A DNA stretch of 52,776 nucleotides, taken from the IMG/VR virus record IMGVR_UViG_3300039309_000221, positions 1-52,776 of that record. The stretch is one strand, 5' to 3'. Origin of the DNA: a virus. Taxonomy: Duplodnaviria; Caudoviricetes. A program made the translations under genes and the position numbers. Under the pieces are notes generated by a model that saw nothing but the letters and a program-made list of their open reading frames with translations, had not been told where the DNA came from and ran no database searches. Of this stretch, positions 28,204 to 36,280 are shown piece by piece. The number at the start of each line of letters is the position of its first letter. Positions within the stretch are counted from its first letter, which is position 1.

Positions 28204-28458
28204 ATGAATATAACTAAAACGGAAGTTGTTTTGGATCAAGTTAATTTGACAAGAGCTTTACAGTTGCAAAAAATAGCGCTGCTTGATTATGGAGTTTCTT
28301 TAGAAGAAGACGGATCCTTACCAGAAGGTAAATATGGCACATATTGGAGAGTATGTTTATCTTGTGGTGATTATGGTGAGCAATTTGTGACTGATTATAC
28401 TATGTTTGCTTTATCACCATTAAATGGAATTGTTGAGTTTTTCGTTAGAAATGAATAA
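28204..28458 (+). CDS. Hypothetical protein
   Basis: AAGGA RBS, ORF track. Confidence 0.65.
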   Translation: MNITKTEVVLDQVNLTRALQLQKIALLDYGVSLEEDGSLPEGKYGTYWRVCLSCGDYGEQFVTDYTMFALSPLNGIVEFFVRNE

Positions 28459-28507
28459 AGATTTTGCAAAATAAACAGCAAAAATAAAGAAAGGAAAGGG
28501 TATTAAT

Positions 28508-28786
28508 ATGGCATATAATAAGAATGTAAATCAGGTTGATAATTTGGTTCTATCGAAGACATTGCGAACAATGGAGAATAATCATTCTTCATTTGTCGGA
28601 ACAATGACATCATTAAAAGCAAAGATAAACAGGATTTGCAGTAAAGGACAGAGAACGGCTCTACCAAAGTCCCCAGCGGCTTTGAGAGTTGTTGTCAACA
28701 GAATAGCAAATAGATTGCGATCCCGTGGAGTTTCGTTATTCTTTCGTAGAACGGCGCAAGCTCGATTGGCAAGCTTTCTCAAATAG
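28508..28786 (+). CDS. Small basic protein, possibly DNA-binding
   Basis: Arg/Lys-rich, 92 aa. Confidence 0.6.
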   Translation: MAYNKNVNQVDNLVLSKTLRTMENNHSSFVGTMTSLKAKINRICSKGQRTALPKSPAALRVVVNRIANRLRSRGVSLFFRRTAQARLASFLK

Positions 28787-28865
28787 ATCATCATTAAATA
28801 GTTTAATGTTGAAATAGATAGAGTTCAATAACGAACAATAGATAAAATAACAAAAGGAAAATAAT

Positions 28866-29669
28866 ATGGCAACACAGAAATATGGCGAGATATCATATAA
28901 TGAAGATGGCGGATCATCAAATAGAAGAGAAGGTAATGGTAAAGATCTATTCCTTCGACTTAATAAAGGTCCGGAGAATTATATAAGATTGCTAACAAAT
29001 CCATATCAGTATACAATGCATAAAATTATTCTTGATGTGAATAATAAGAAGGATTATGGGCAGAAAGTTGGATGCTCAATGGCTAATGGAGGGTCGTGCC
29101 CTGCGTGTGATTGGGTAGCCGCTCAATTAGCAAGTGGCGCGGCGACAGAAGAGGAAGCAAAGAAAATGGGACCAAAGATGCGGTGGCTATTTGGATGTAT
29201 TGATAGAACAACGGGACAATATAAAATATTAGATGTTTCTTGGGCAGTTTTCTCACAAATTAAGAAACATGCGCAAAATGTAAAACATTGGGGGGATCCT
29301 AAAAACTTCGATATAAATATAAATGTGGACCCAAATGCCCCTCCAATGAATTATTATACGGTGCAAACCGTTCCACCAGTAAGCAAAGTGCTTTCAGCAG
29401 AAGATCAGAGTATTAAGGACAAGTTCCTCGACCTTGATGATCTAAAACGAAGGTCAAGTCCTCCATCAGTTGAATCAGTTCAGAAACGAATGACCTATAT
29501 ATTAGGACACGCGGGAACAGAGGGAACTACAACAACACAAGCCAAAACAACAACTGCTACACCAGCGGTAGCAGCTAAAAAGCCAGTAGCCAAGCCTACG
29601 CCAAAACCAGTAGTCGTTCCTGATGAAAGTGATGATCAGGAGGATTTTCCTGACTATGATCAACAATAA
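28866..29669 (+). CDS. Single-stranded DNA-binding protein (gp32-like)
   Basis: FLRL..G.NYIRLL, H...C..CPAC, WGDP..FDINI, flexible linker and acidic tail DESDDQEDFPDYD; replication context. Confidence 0.7.
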   Translation: MATQKYGEISYNEDGGSSNRREGNGKDLFLRLNKGPENYIRLLTNPYQYTMHKIILDVNNKKDYGQKVGCSMANGGSCPACDWVAAQLASGAATEEEAKKMGPKMRWLFGCIDRTTGQYKILDVSWAVFSQIKKHAQNVKHWGDPKNFDININVDPNAPPMNYYTVQTVPPVSKVLSAEDQSIKDKFLDLDDLKRRSSPPSVESVQKRMTYILGHAGTEGTTTTQAKTTTATPAVAAKKPVAKPTPKPVVVPDESDDQEDFPDYDQQ

Positions 29670-29688
29670 AGTTAATTAAATATTAACT

Positions 29689-29724
29689 AAATAAGGGATC
29701 GAAAGTTAATTTGATCCCTTATTT
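29689..29724 (+). terminator. Hairpin (probable intrinsic terminator) after SSB
   Basis: AAATAAGGGATCGAA...TTTGATCCCTTATTT. Confidence 0.7.
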
Positions 29725-29747
29725 GTTATTATATTTTGGATATAAAA

Positions 29748-30860
29748 ATGGTAAAAAAGCATTCTTCAACAGAAGAGTTTAAAGGGAGAGCATATAAAAA
29801 ACATAATGGATACTATACTTATGAAAAAGTTGAATATATAGATGCTAAAACAAATGTGTTAATAACATGCCCAAAACATGGAGATTTTCCACAAACACCA
29901 AATCATCATTTATCTGGTCAAGGATGTAAAAAATGTTATCATGAAAGTAAAATAATAAAACAAGAAAACTTTATAGAGAGAACATTTATAATTCATAGCG
30001 GATATTATACATACAATAATGTTATATATAAAAACATGGACACCAATATATTAATAACATGTCCAAAACATGGAGACTTTCCGCAAAGACCTGATTCTCA
30101 TTTAGAAGGAAAAGGATGTCCTAATTGTGGATTAGAAAGACAGTCATTAAGACAAATATATTCAAAAGAAGAGTTTGAGCAGCTAGGATACAAAAAACAC
30201 AATGGATACTATACTTATGAAAAGACTGAATATGTAGATGCTAAAACAGATGTATTCATAACATGTCCAAAACATGGAGCTTTTTTACAAAAGCCAGTTT
30301 CTCATTTACAGGGACATGGATGTGGTTATTGTGCTAATGAAAAACGAGCAGAAAAATCCTCTTATTCGGAAGAAGAGTTTAAACAATTAGCTTATGAAGA
30401 ACATAATGGATATTATACATATAATAATACTATTTATATAAACAGTATAACAGACGTATTAATAACGTGTCCAATTCATGGAGATTTTCCACAAACACCA
30501 GTTTCTCATTTACAAGGACATGGTTGTTGGAAGTGCGCTGGAAGCACATCGAAAGGCGAGTCAGAATGGATAGCATCATTTAATAATCCAAATATAATAA
30601 AGCCAAAATCTTTAAGAATTAATGATAAGTGGTATAAACCAGATGGCTATGATGCAACAACAGGCACAATATATGAATATAATGGAGATTATTTTCACGG
30701 AAACCCAGCCTTATATAAGGCAGAAGATTTTCATCCAAATATTAAAAAGACCTATGGTGAATTATATCAAGAAACATTAAAAAAAGAAGATATATATAAA
30801 TCCGCAGGATATAAGGTAATATCTATTTGGGAAAGTGATTGGAAAAAGATAATTGAATAA
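29748..30860 (+). CDS. Putative free-standing homing endonuclease: 4 Zn repeats plus a Vsr/PD-(D/E)XK-like domain
   Basis: 4x ITCPxHG.F.Q.P..HL.G.GCxxC; KPDGYD...IYEYNGDYFHGNP...WESDW. Confidence 0.8.
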   Translation: MVKKHSSTEEFKGRAYKKHNGYYTYEKVEYIDAKTNVLITCPKHGDFPQTPNHHLSGQGCKKCYHESKIIKQENFIERTFIIHSGYYTYNNVIYKNMDTNILITCPKHGDFPQRPDSHLEGKGCPNCGLERQSLRQIYSKEEFEQLGYKKHNGYYTYEKTEYVDAKTDVFITCPKHGAFLQKPVSHLQGHGCGYCANEKRAEKSSYSEEEFKQLAYEEHNGYYTYNNTIYINSITDVLITCPIHGDFPQTPVSHLQGHGCWKCAGSTSKGESEWIASFNNPNIIKPKSLRINDKWYKPDGYDATTGTIYEYNGDYFHGNPALYKAEDFHPNIKKTYGELYQETLKKEDIYKSAGYKVISIWESDWKKIIE

Positions 30861-30864
30861 TTCC

Positions 30865-30900
30865 AAAGGGATCGAATTAGTTTTCGATCCCTTTTCTTTT
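30865..30900 (+). terminator. Intrinsic terminator
   Basis: AAAGGGATCGAA-TTAGTT-TTCGATCCCTTT followed by a T-rich tract. Confidence 0.8.
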
Positions 30901-30912
30901 TATCTCATATGT

Positions 30913-30921
30913 TGATATATA
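30913..30921 (+). promoter_or_regulatory. TGATATATA putative phage promoter element
   Basis: 6 nt upstream of the ruvC ATG, immediately after a terminator. Confidence 0.5.
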
Positions 30922-30927
30922 TGATGT

Positions 30928-31488
30928 ATGAGCATTAAAAGAATAATGGGATTAGATATATCGAGCAAAACTATTGGTTGGGGCATATTAGATGTTAATA
31001 TTGAAACAAAAGAGATTAAGTATATAGATAGTGGTATTTATCATCCCTTAAAAAAAGGACATTTAATAGAAAAATTGTCTCATACAAGAGAGGCAATAAT
31101 AGATATTATATATGAATATAATCCAGATGAAATTGTTATAGAAGATATATTATTATATATCGCAAATAGATCTACCGCCAAAACTATTGTTTGTTTAGCC
31201 ACATTTAACCGTATGATATGTCTTTTAGCATATGATTATCTTAATAAGATTCCTAATTTAATATCAGTTTCTAATATTAGAAAAAGTATTAAGTTAAATA
31301 AAAAAGATAAAATGCCTATAAAAGAAGAAATACCCGAAATAATTGAAAAAAGATTAAATATAAAGTTTCCGTATTATTACAATACGCGTGGTAAAGATAA
31401 AGGAAAAAAAATACATATATCAAGTTATGATAGAAGTGATGCGCTAGCATGCGCGTTATCATTTGCATTAGATATGAATAAAAAATGA
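30928..31488 (+). CDS. ruvC: RuvC-like Holliday junction resolvase
   Basis: IMGLDISSKTIGWG, PDEIVIED, DRSDALACA. Confidence 0.85.
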   Translation: MSIKRIMGLDISSKTIGWGILDVNIETKEIKYIDSGIYHPLKKGHLIEKLSHTREAIIDIIYEYNPDEIVIEDILLYIANRSTAKTIVCLATFNRMICLLAYDYLNKIPNLISVSNIRKSIKLNKKDKMPIKEEIPEIIEKRLNIKFPYYYNTRGKDKGKKIHISSYDRSDALACALSFALDMNKK

Positions 31489-32589
31489 AAAACTCAAAAC
31501 CAAGAATAAGATTAAATAATGAAATCTTTATAGAAAGATCTATTAATATTCATGGCAATGAATATGATTATTCTTTGGTAAATTATATAAATTGTGAAAC
31601 GCCAGTTATAATTATATGTTTAAAACATGGTGAGTTTAGTCAGTTTCCTCTTAATCATACTCGTGGTTATAAATGTCCCGAATGTTCTGGGAAAAGAAAA
31701 TATACTAATGAAACTTTTATAAAAAAAAGCAAATGAATTATATAATTATTTTTATGATTATTCTTTGGTTAATTATGTAAATAATAATACTAATATAAAA
31801 ATTGTTTGTCCAGATCATGGAATATTTGAGCAGACACCTATATCACATTTATCTGGTAATAAATGTAAATACTGCACTGGCAAAGCAAAATTAAATACTA
31901 CGATTTTTGCAGAAAAAGGAAAAATTATTCATAATAATTATTATAGTTATAATAATGCTGTTTATATTGATAATAAGACAAAAGTATTAATAACATGTCC
32001 TATTCATGGAGATTTTTTACAATCACCGACTTGTCATATTAATCGTAAGGCAGGATGTCCTCAATGCTCTAAATGTAAAAAATATACCAATGAAACTTTT
32101 GCCGAAAAAGGTAAAATTATTCATAATAATTTTTATGATTATTCATTGGTAGATTATATAAATAATAAAACAAATGTTAAGATTATTTGTCCAAATCACG
32201 GTGTATTTGAGCAATGTCCATCGTCTCATATCAATCATCGTAGTAATTGTCCGCTTTGTATGAGCAATTCATCAAGAGGTGAAATAGAGTGGATAGCATC
32301 ATTTAATAATCCAAATATAATAAAACCACCATCATTAAAAATTAATGGAAAAACATATCATCCAGATGGATATGATACAATAACAAATACCGTTTATGAA
32401 TATAATGGCGATTTTTATCATGGAAATCCTATAAAATATAATCCAGAAGATATTAATCCAAAAAATAAAATATCATATGGACAATTATATCAAGAAACAT
32501 TAGATAAAAAAGCAGCTTATGAAGCTGCCGGATATAAAGTAATATCAATTTGGGGCAGTGAGTGGGATAAAAGAACAAGGAGAAAGTAG
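31485..32589 (+). pseudogene. Zn-repeat endonuclease split by a +1 frameshift in an A8 run (ORFs 31485-31736 and 31765-32589)
   Basis: Removing one A at 31721-31728 restores ETFIKKANELYNYFYDYSLVNY and gives a 4-repeat paralog of 29748..30860. Confidence 0.85.
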
Positions 32590-32591
32590 TT

Positions 32592-33614
32592 ATGAATAAA
32601 TCAGAAGCATATTCAATATTAGGATTAGATCAATCTTCTTCGCAAGAAGATCTAAAAAAGAGATATAGAGAATTAGCAAAAACATATCATCCAGATGTTA
32701 ATAAAGACCCAGAAGCAGAGAATAAGTTTAAGCAAGTTGGTGAGGCATATGAGTATATATCTTCTGGAAAGGCGAATAATGAAGGAAACCCATTTGCGGG
32801 AGGTAATCCGTTCGCCGGTGGCAATCCATTTGGCGGAGGGTTTAGTCCTTTTTCTGGATTTGGATTTAATCCTTTTGGGCAACAACAAAGACATCAGCAG
32901 TTTCGTAGAGAAAACATAGAGTTAAATACCACAATATCGTTTAGAGAAAGTATTCTCGGATGCTCACGAGAATTAACATTTAGCAGGAATAGTAAATGCG
33001 AAGATTGTGAAGGCAATGGTCAGGTCGTCCAAAATAATGGTTGTGCTAAATGTGGAGGAAGAGGGCAGATCACAATTCGTAACGGAAACACAATGCATAT
33101 TCGCACCTGTGATGGCTGCGGTGGAAGAATAATACAACTGCCCTGTTCATCCTGTGGAGGAAAAGGTTGGGTAGACGCGACGGTCTCTATTAATGTAAAT
33201 ATTCCATCTGGCGTTACCTCTGATAATGTTTTAAGATTGCAAGGAATGGGACATTTTATTGGTTCTGTTATGAATATGGATCAGTATACGGAGGCATTGC
33301 TTCATCTATCTGTCACACCACAGGATGGATTAAGATTAGAGAATGATGAAGTAGTCCACGACGCATCAATATCTCTTCTCGACGCATTAGAGGGATGCTC
33401 TATCTATGTGCCTACAATCAATGGACAAAGCGAGATAACTATTCCTCCACTTTCTAAAAATAAAGATGAGGTCGTCCTGCCAGATTTAGGTCCGAATAAT
33501 GGAAATCAAAAGGTAATAATTAATATTAATTATCCAATGGATATTGAAAGATTGATAGCTGCATTAAAACCAGTGCCAGAGACAGAAATAGCAATCAATA
33601 TTGAGGAGAAATAA
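32592..33614 (+). CDS. dnaJ: DnaJ co-chaperone (class A)
   Basis: J domain YHPD, G/F-rich region, four CxxC zinc motifs (CEDCEGNG, CAKCGGRG, CDGCGG, CSSCGGKG), C-terminal domain. Confidence 0.95.
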   Translation: MNKSEAYSILGLDQSSSQEDLKKRYRELAKTYHPDVNKDPEAENKFKQVGEAYEYISSGKANNEGNPFAGGNPFAGGNPFGGGFSPFSGFGFNPFGQQQRHQQFRRENIELNTTISFRESILGCSRELTFSRNSKCEDCEGNGQVVQNNGCAKCGGRGQITIRNGNTMHIRTCDGCGGRIIQLPCSSCGGKGWVDATVSINVNIPSGVTSDNVLRLQGMGHFIGSVMNMDQYTEALLHLSVTPQDGLRLENDEVVHDASISLLDALEGCSIYVPTINGQSEITIPPLSKNKDEVVLPDLGPNNGNQKVIININYPMDIERLIAALKPVPETEIAINIEEK

Positions 33615-33615
33615 T

Positions 33616-33948
33616 ATGCCATTTAGTATAGTTTGTGAAAATTGCAAAAAGCAAAATGAACCAGTTATCGATCCGAAGACTGAAAAGGTATATTGCTCCC
33701 TCTGCGATAAAGAAATGAATAACATAACATATTTTGCAAAATCGCAAATGAAAGCGATAAAACAATTTAGAGAGAAAAGCACCAGCTCTTATTCAGTTAA
33801 ATGTGATAAATGTAATCGTGAAGGAGAGCCAAAGCTCCTTAATGGAGAGGTCGTTTGCTCAAATTGCAAAAAGAAGCTTGATAAATTATCACCAATATTT
33901 ATTAATATGTTGAAAGAACAATTAAGAAAGGGGCATAGCATTATATAA
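33616..33948 (+). CDS. Double zinc-ribbon protein
   Basis: CENC/CSLC and CDKC/CSNC; GAGGAG RBS. Confidence 0.7.
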   Translation: MPFSIVCENCKKQNEPVIDPKTEKVYCSLCDKEMNNITYFAKSQMKAIKQFREKSTSSYSVKCDKCNREGEPKLLNGEVVCSNCKKKLDKLSPIFINMLKEQLRKGHSII

Positions 33949-34718
33949 TGCTTAATCAAATTATCTCTGCCTGCCAATATTTACTTTCTTACTATCCAGA
34001 AGCAGAAGAATGTCGATCCTATATTGATAATCGTATATCAAAAGAAAGTCAAAGCTTTTTTCAATTTGGTTATTATCCAGAAGGTGATAAAATTAAAACA
34101 TTGATATCGATAGTCGGCGAGGATATATTAAGAGAAAGTAAGCTTTTGTTTTCTAAGGAAATAGGAGATGCACATTCGGTGAGAAAAGTATTCCCTTCCT
34201 ATTTTGAGAATTATCCATTAGTTGTCCCGTTTAGAGATACATATGGCGGTATTGTCGCTTTGGTTGCGAGGACATTATTGCCAGAGGATGAAAGAAAAGC
34301 AAAAGGTATAGCAAAATATAAGAATACAGTTTTTAAGAAAGGTAATTATCTTTTCGGATTATATGAGAATAAGAAGGAAATCTTGGAAAGAAATATGGTT
34401 TTTGTCGTCGAAGGTCAGTTTGATGTTATCAAATCATATCAATATGGGTTGAGAAATGTTGTCGCATTATCCTGCTCTAATATGTCATATGAGCAATTTG
34501 CATTAATAAAACGATATACAGATAATATAATCTTGTTGCTTGATAATGATGAGGCGGGCGAAAAAGGAAGAAAAAATATTATTGAGAGGTTTGGAGAGTT
34601 TGCAAATATACAAAACTTTTATCTGCCAAAGGAGGTTAAAGATATTGATCAATTCTTGCAAGAAAAATCATATGAAGAGCTGAAATATATTATAGAGGGC
34701 GATATGATTGATATATAA
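33948..34718 (+). CDS. dnaG: DnaG-type primase catalytic core (TOPRIM) lacking a zinc finger
   Basis: VVPFRD..G.IVAL.AR, AKYKN, FKKG..LFG, VVEGQFDV, LLDNDEAG, KDIDQF. Confidence 0.88.
   Translation: MLNQIISACQYLLSYYPEAEECRSYIDNRISKESQSFFQFGYYPEGDKIKTLISIVGEDILRESKLLFSKEIGDAHSVRKVFPSYFENYPLVVPFRDTYGGIVALVARTLLPEDERKAKGIAKYKNTVFKKGNYLFGLYENKKEILERNMVFVVEGQFDVIKSYQYGLRNVVALSCSNMSYEQFALIKRYTDNIILLLDNDEAGEKGRKNIIERFGEFANIQNFYLPKEVKDIDQFLQEKSYEELKYIIEGDMIDI
34709..34717 (+). promoter_or_regulatory. TGATATATA putative phage promoter element
   Basis: At the end of primase, upstream of the GAGGAG RBS of the HTH gene. Confidence 0.45.
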
Positions 34719-34746
34719 TACTTAAGCCCTTAAAGAGGAGATATGA

Positions 34747-35232
34747 ATGGCTTATCGAGAAAAAAAAGAAAGACGACCTGCAAGATCACAACAATATCAA
34801 CACTTAATGACGGAGAGCGCTTTTTCTAATGAAATGATGGAAACTTTTTCTAATGGAGAGAGTATCTATTCTCGATTAAATCCATTTGAGTATAATGAAG
34901 AGTTGCTCGATTTGGAAGATCAATTGAAGATTGAGTTTTGGAGAGTTGTCCGAACTGGATTGACACAGAAACAATGCGCAGTTATGGAATTGACAAGAGA
35001 TGGATATACACAAATGGAAATTGCGGGACAATTAGGAATAGGGCAAGCTAGCGTGACAAAAAACCTTTTTGGGAACCTATCTTATTTACCAAAGAATATT
35101 AGTAGTTCCGACAAAAGAAAATGTAAATCTTATGGCGGAACTATAAAAAAAATGAAGAGACTTGTAGAGAACGATCAAAAAATACAAGAAATATTAGCCA
35201 AGATGAATGAAATAAGGTCATTGAAGTGGTAG
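34747..35232 (+). CDS. Sigma70 region-4/LuxR-like HTH protein
   Basis: LTQKQCAVMEL..DGYTQMEIAGQLGIGQASVTK. Confidence 0.75.
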   Translation: MAYREKKERRPARSQQYQHLMTESAFSNEMMETFSNGESIYSRLNPFEYNEELLDLEDQLKIEFWRVVRTGLTQKQCAVMELTRDGYTQMEIAGQLGIGQASVTKNLFGNLSYLPKNISSSDKRKCKSYGGTIKKMKRLVENDQKIQEILAKMNEIRSLKW

Positions 35233-35312
35233 AAGCATAATGTAAGGAGATGAGTTATGACACTTAATATAGATGGATATACAACACAAGAACTAATTCC
35301 GCTTATTGAAGA

Positions 35313-35690
35313 ATGGAAAAAGATGAGTGGTATGGATATAAGAGTTGTTTAATAAGCACAATAAATTATGCAGCTTATATAATATTGGATAGAATTGATA
35401 GCACAACAAATACCTCTAAAAGAGTTTTTCTCTGGAATAGAATGTTTATTGGTAGCACAGATATGTTTGATACATCAGTCCCATATATAAAATATGATTG
35501 TCTTTATTGTATAAATGGATTATTCACAACAAAAACAATAAATATATATCATAAAAGAATTGGATTTGTTCTTGAAGAACCAACGGCAAAAAATCCAGTT
35601 TTAAGATTTTTTTATGATCCAGATGGAAATATAAATCCACCAGTTCATTGTGATAATGAAAAATATCTAAGAGATATTTTTATGCATTAA
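35313..35690 (+). CDS. Hypothetical protein; true start may be ATG 35257 in another frame
   Basis: ORF track; the strong RBS is at the out-of-frame ATG 35257. Confidence 0.55.
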   Translation: MEKDEWYGYKSCLISTINYAAYIILDRIDSTTNTSKRVFLWNRMFIGSTDMFDTSVPYIKYDCLYCINGLFTTKTINIYHKRIGFVLEEPTAKNPVLRFFYDPDGNINPPVHCDNEKYLRDIFMH

Positions 35691-35713
35691 AATAATAACT
35701 GAATAATTCATAG

Positions 35714-35760
35714 TGCCGCAGGGTTATTTTTAGCCTCTGCGGCATTTTTATTTTTTATTT
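35714..35760 (+). terminator. Strong intrinsic terminator at the replication/morphogenesis boundary
   Basis: TGCCGCAG...CTGCGGCA stem followed by a long T tract. Confidence 0.85.
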
Positions 35761-35811
35761 TTGACGAATAAAATACTATTATTAATAGTATATACTATTT
35801 TGTGGAGCCAT

Positions 35812-36270
35812 ATGCAAAAAAAATATTCCATTGACATAGAAAAATTGAGTGAGAAGCTTACTAAAAAAGCATACAAGCTCTCTGACGTTCAAGATAAGAT
35901 TGAGAAGGTCGCGTTTGATGTTGTTCGATTTAAGAATGATGATAAGTCAGCGGCTCTTTGGCAGGTGCAGAGTGCTGATGATGGAGATTATATTGTTGCA
36001 TTATACGAGCCTGAGGAAGAGAAAATAGCTTCGCATTGGGATGTTTCTCTTAACAAGATTGCGGGGCAGATACAAGTTTCATATAAAGGCGATCCTATTG
36101 TTAAAATTGCTTCATCAAAATTAGGAATACCTGCTAACGAATTAGACAAGGTTGCCGAATATCTACCTGCGAAGTTAGCAGAAAATAAGAAATTAGTTCG
36201 TTCTCTTCTCTCCGAATTATCGCCAGCGGTAAGAAAAGAAATACTCTCTAAATACCCGGAGCTTATCTAA
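35812..36270 (+). CDS. Hypothetical protein, probable virion/head-associated
   Basis: GGAG RBS before ATG 35812; many K-x-A motifs. Confidence 0.65.
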   Translation: MQKKYSIDIEKLSEKLTKKAYKLSDVQDKIEKVAFDVVRFKNDDKSAALWQVQSADDGDYIVALYEPEEEKIASHWDVSLNKIAGQIQVSYKGDPIVKIASSKLGIPANELDKVAEYLPAKLAENKKLVRSLLSELSPAVRKEILSKYPELI

Positions 36271-36280
36271 GGAATACTCT

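Noticed and set aside
29748-32589. Diversity-generating retroelement TR/VR pair among the repeated segments
   Set aside because: No reverse transcriptase in the window; the repeats are explained by paralogous protein repeats
32785-32880. GNPFAG repeats in dnaJ
   Set aside because: Ordinary G/F-rich linker of class A DnaJ
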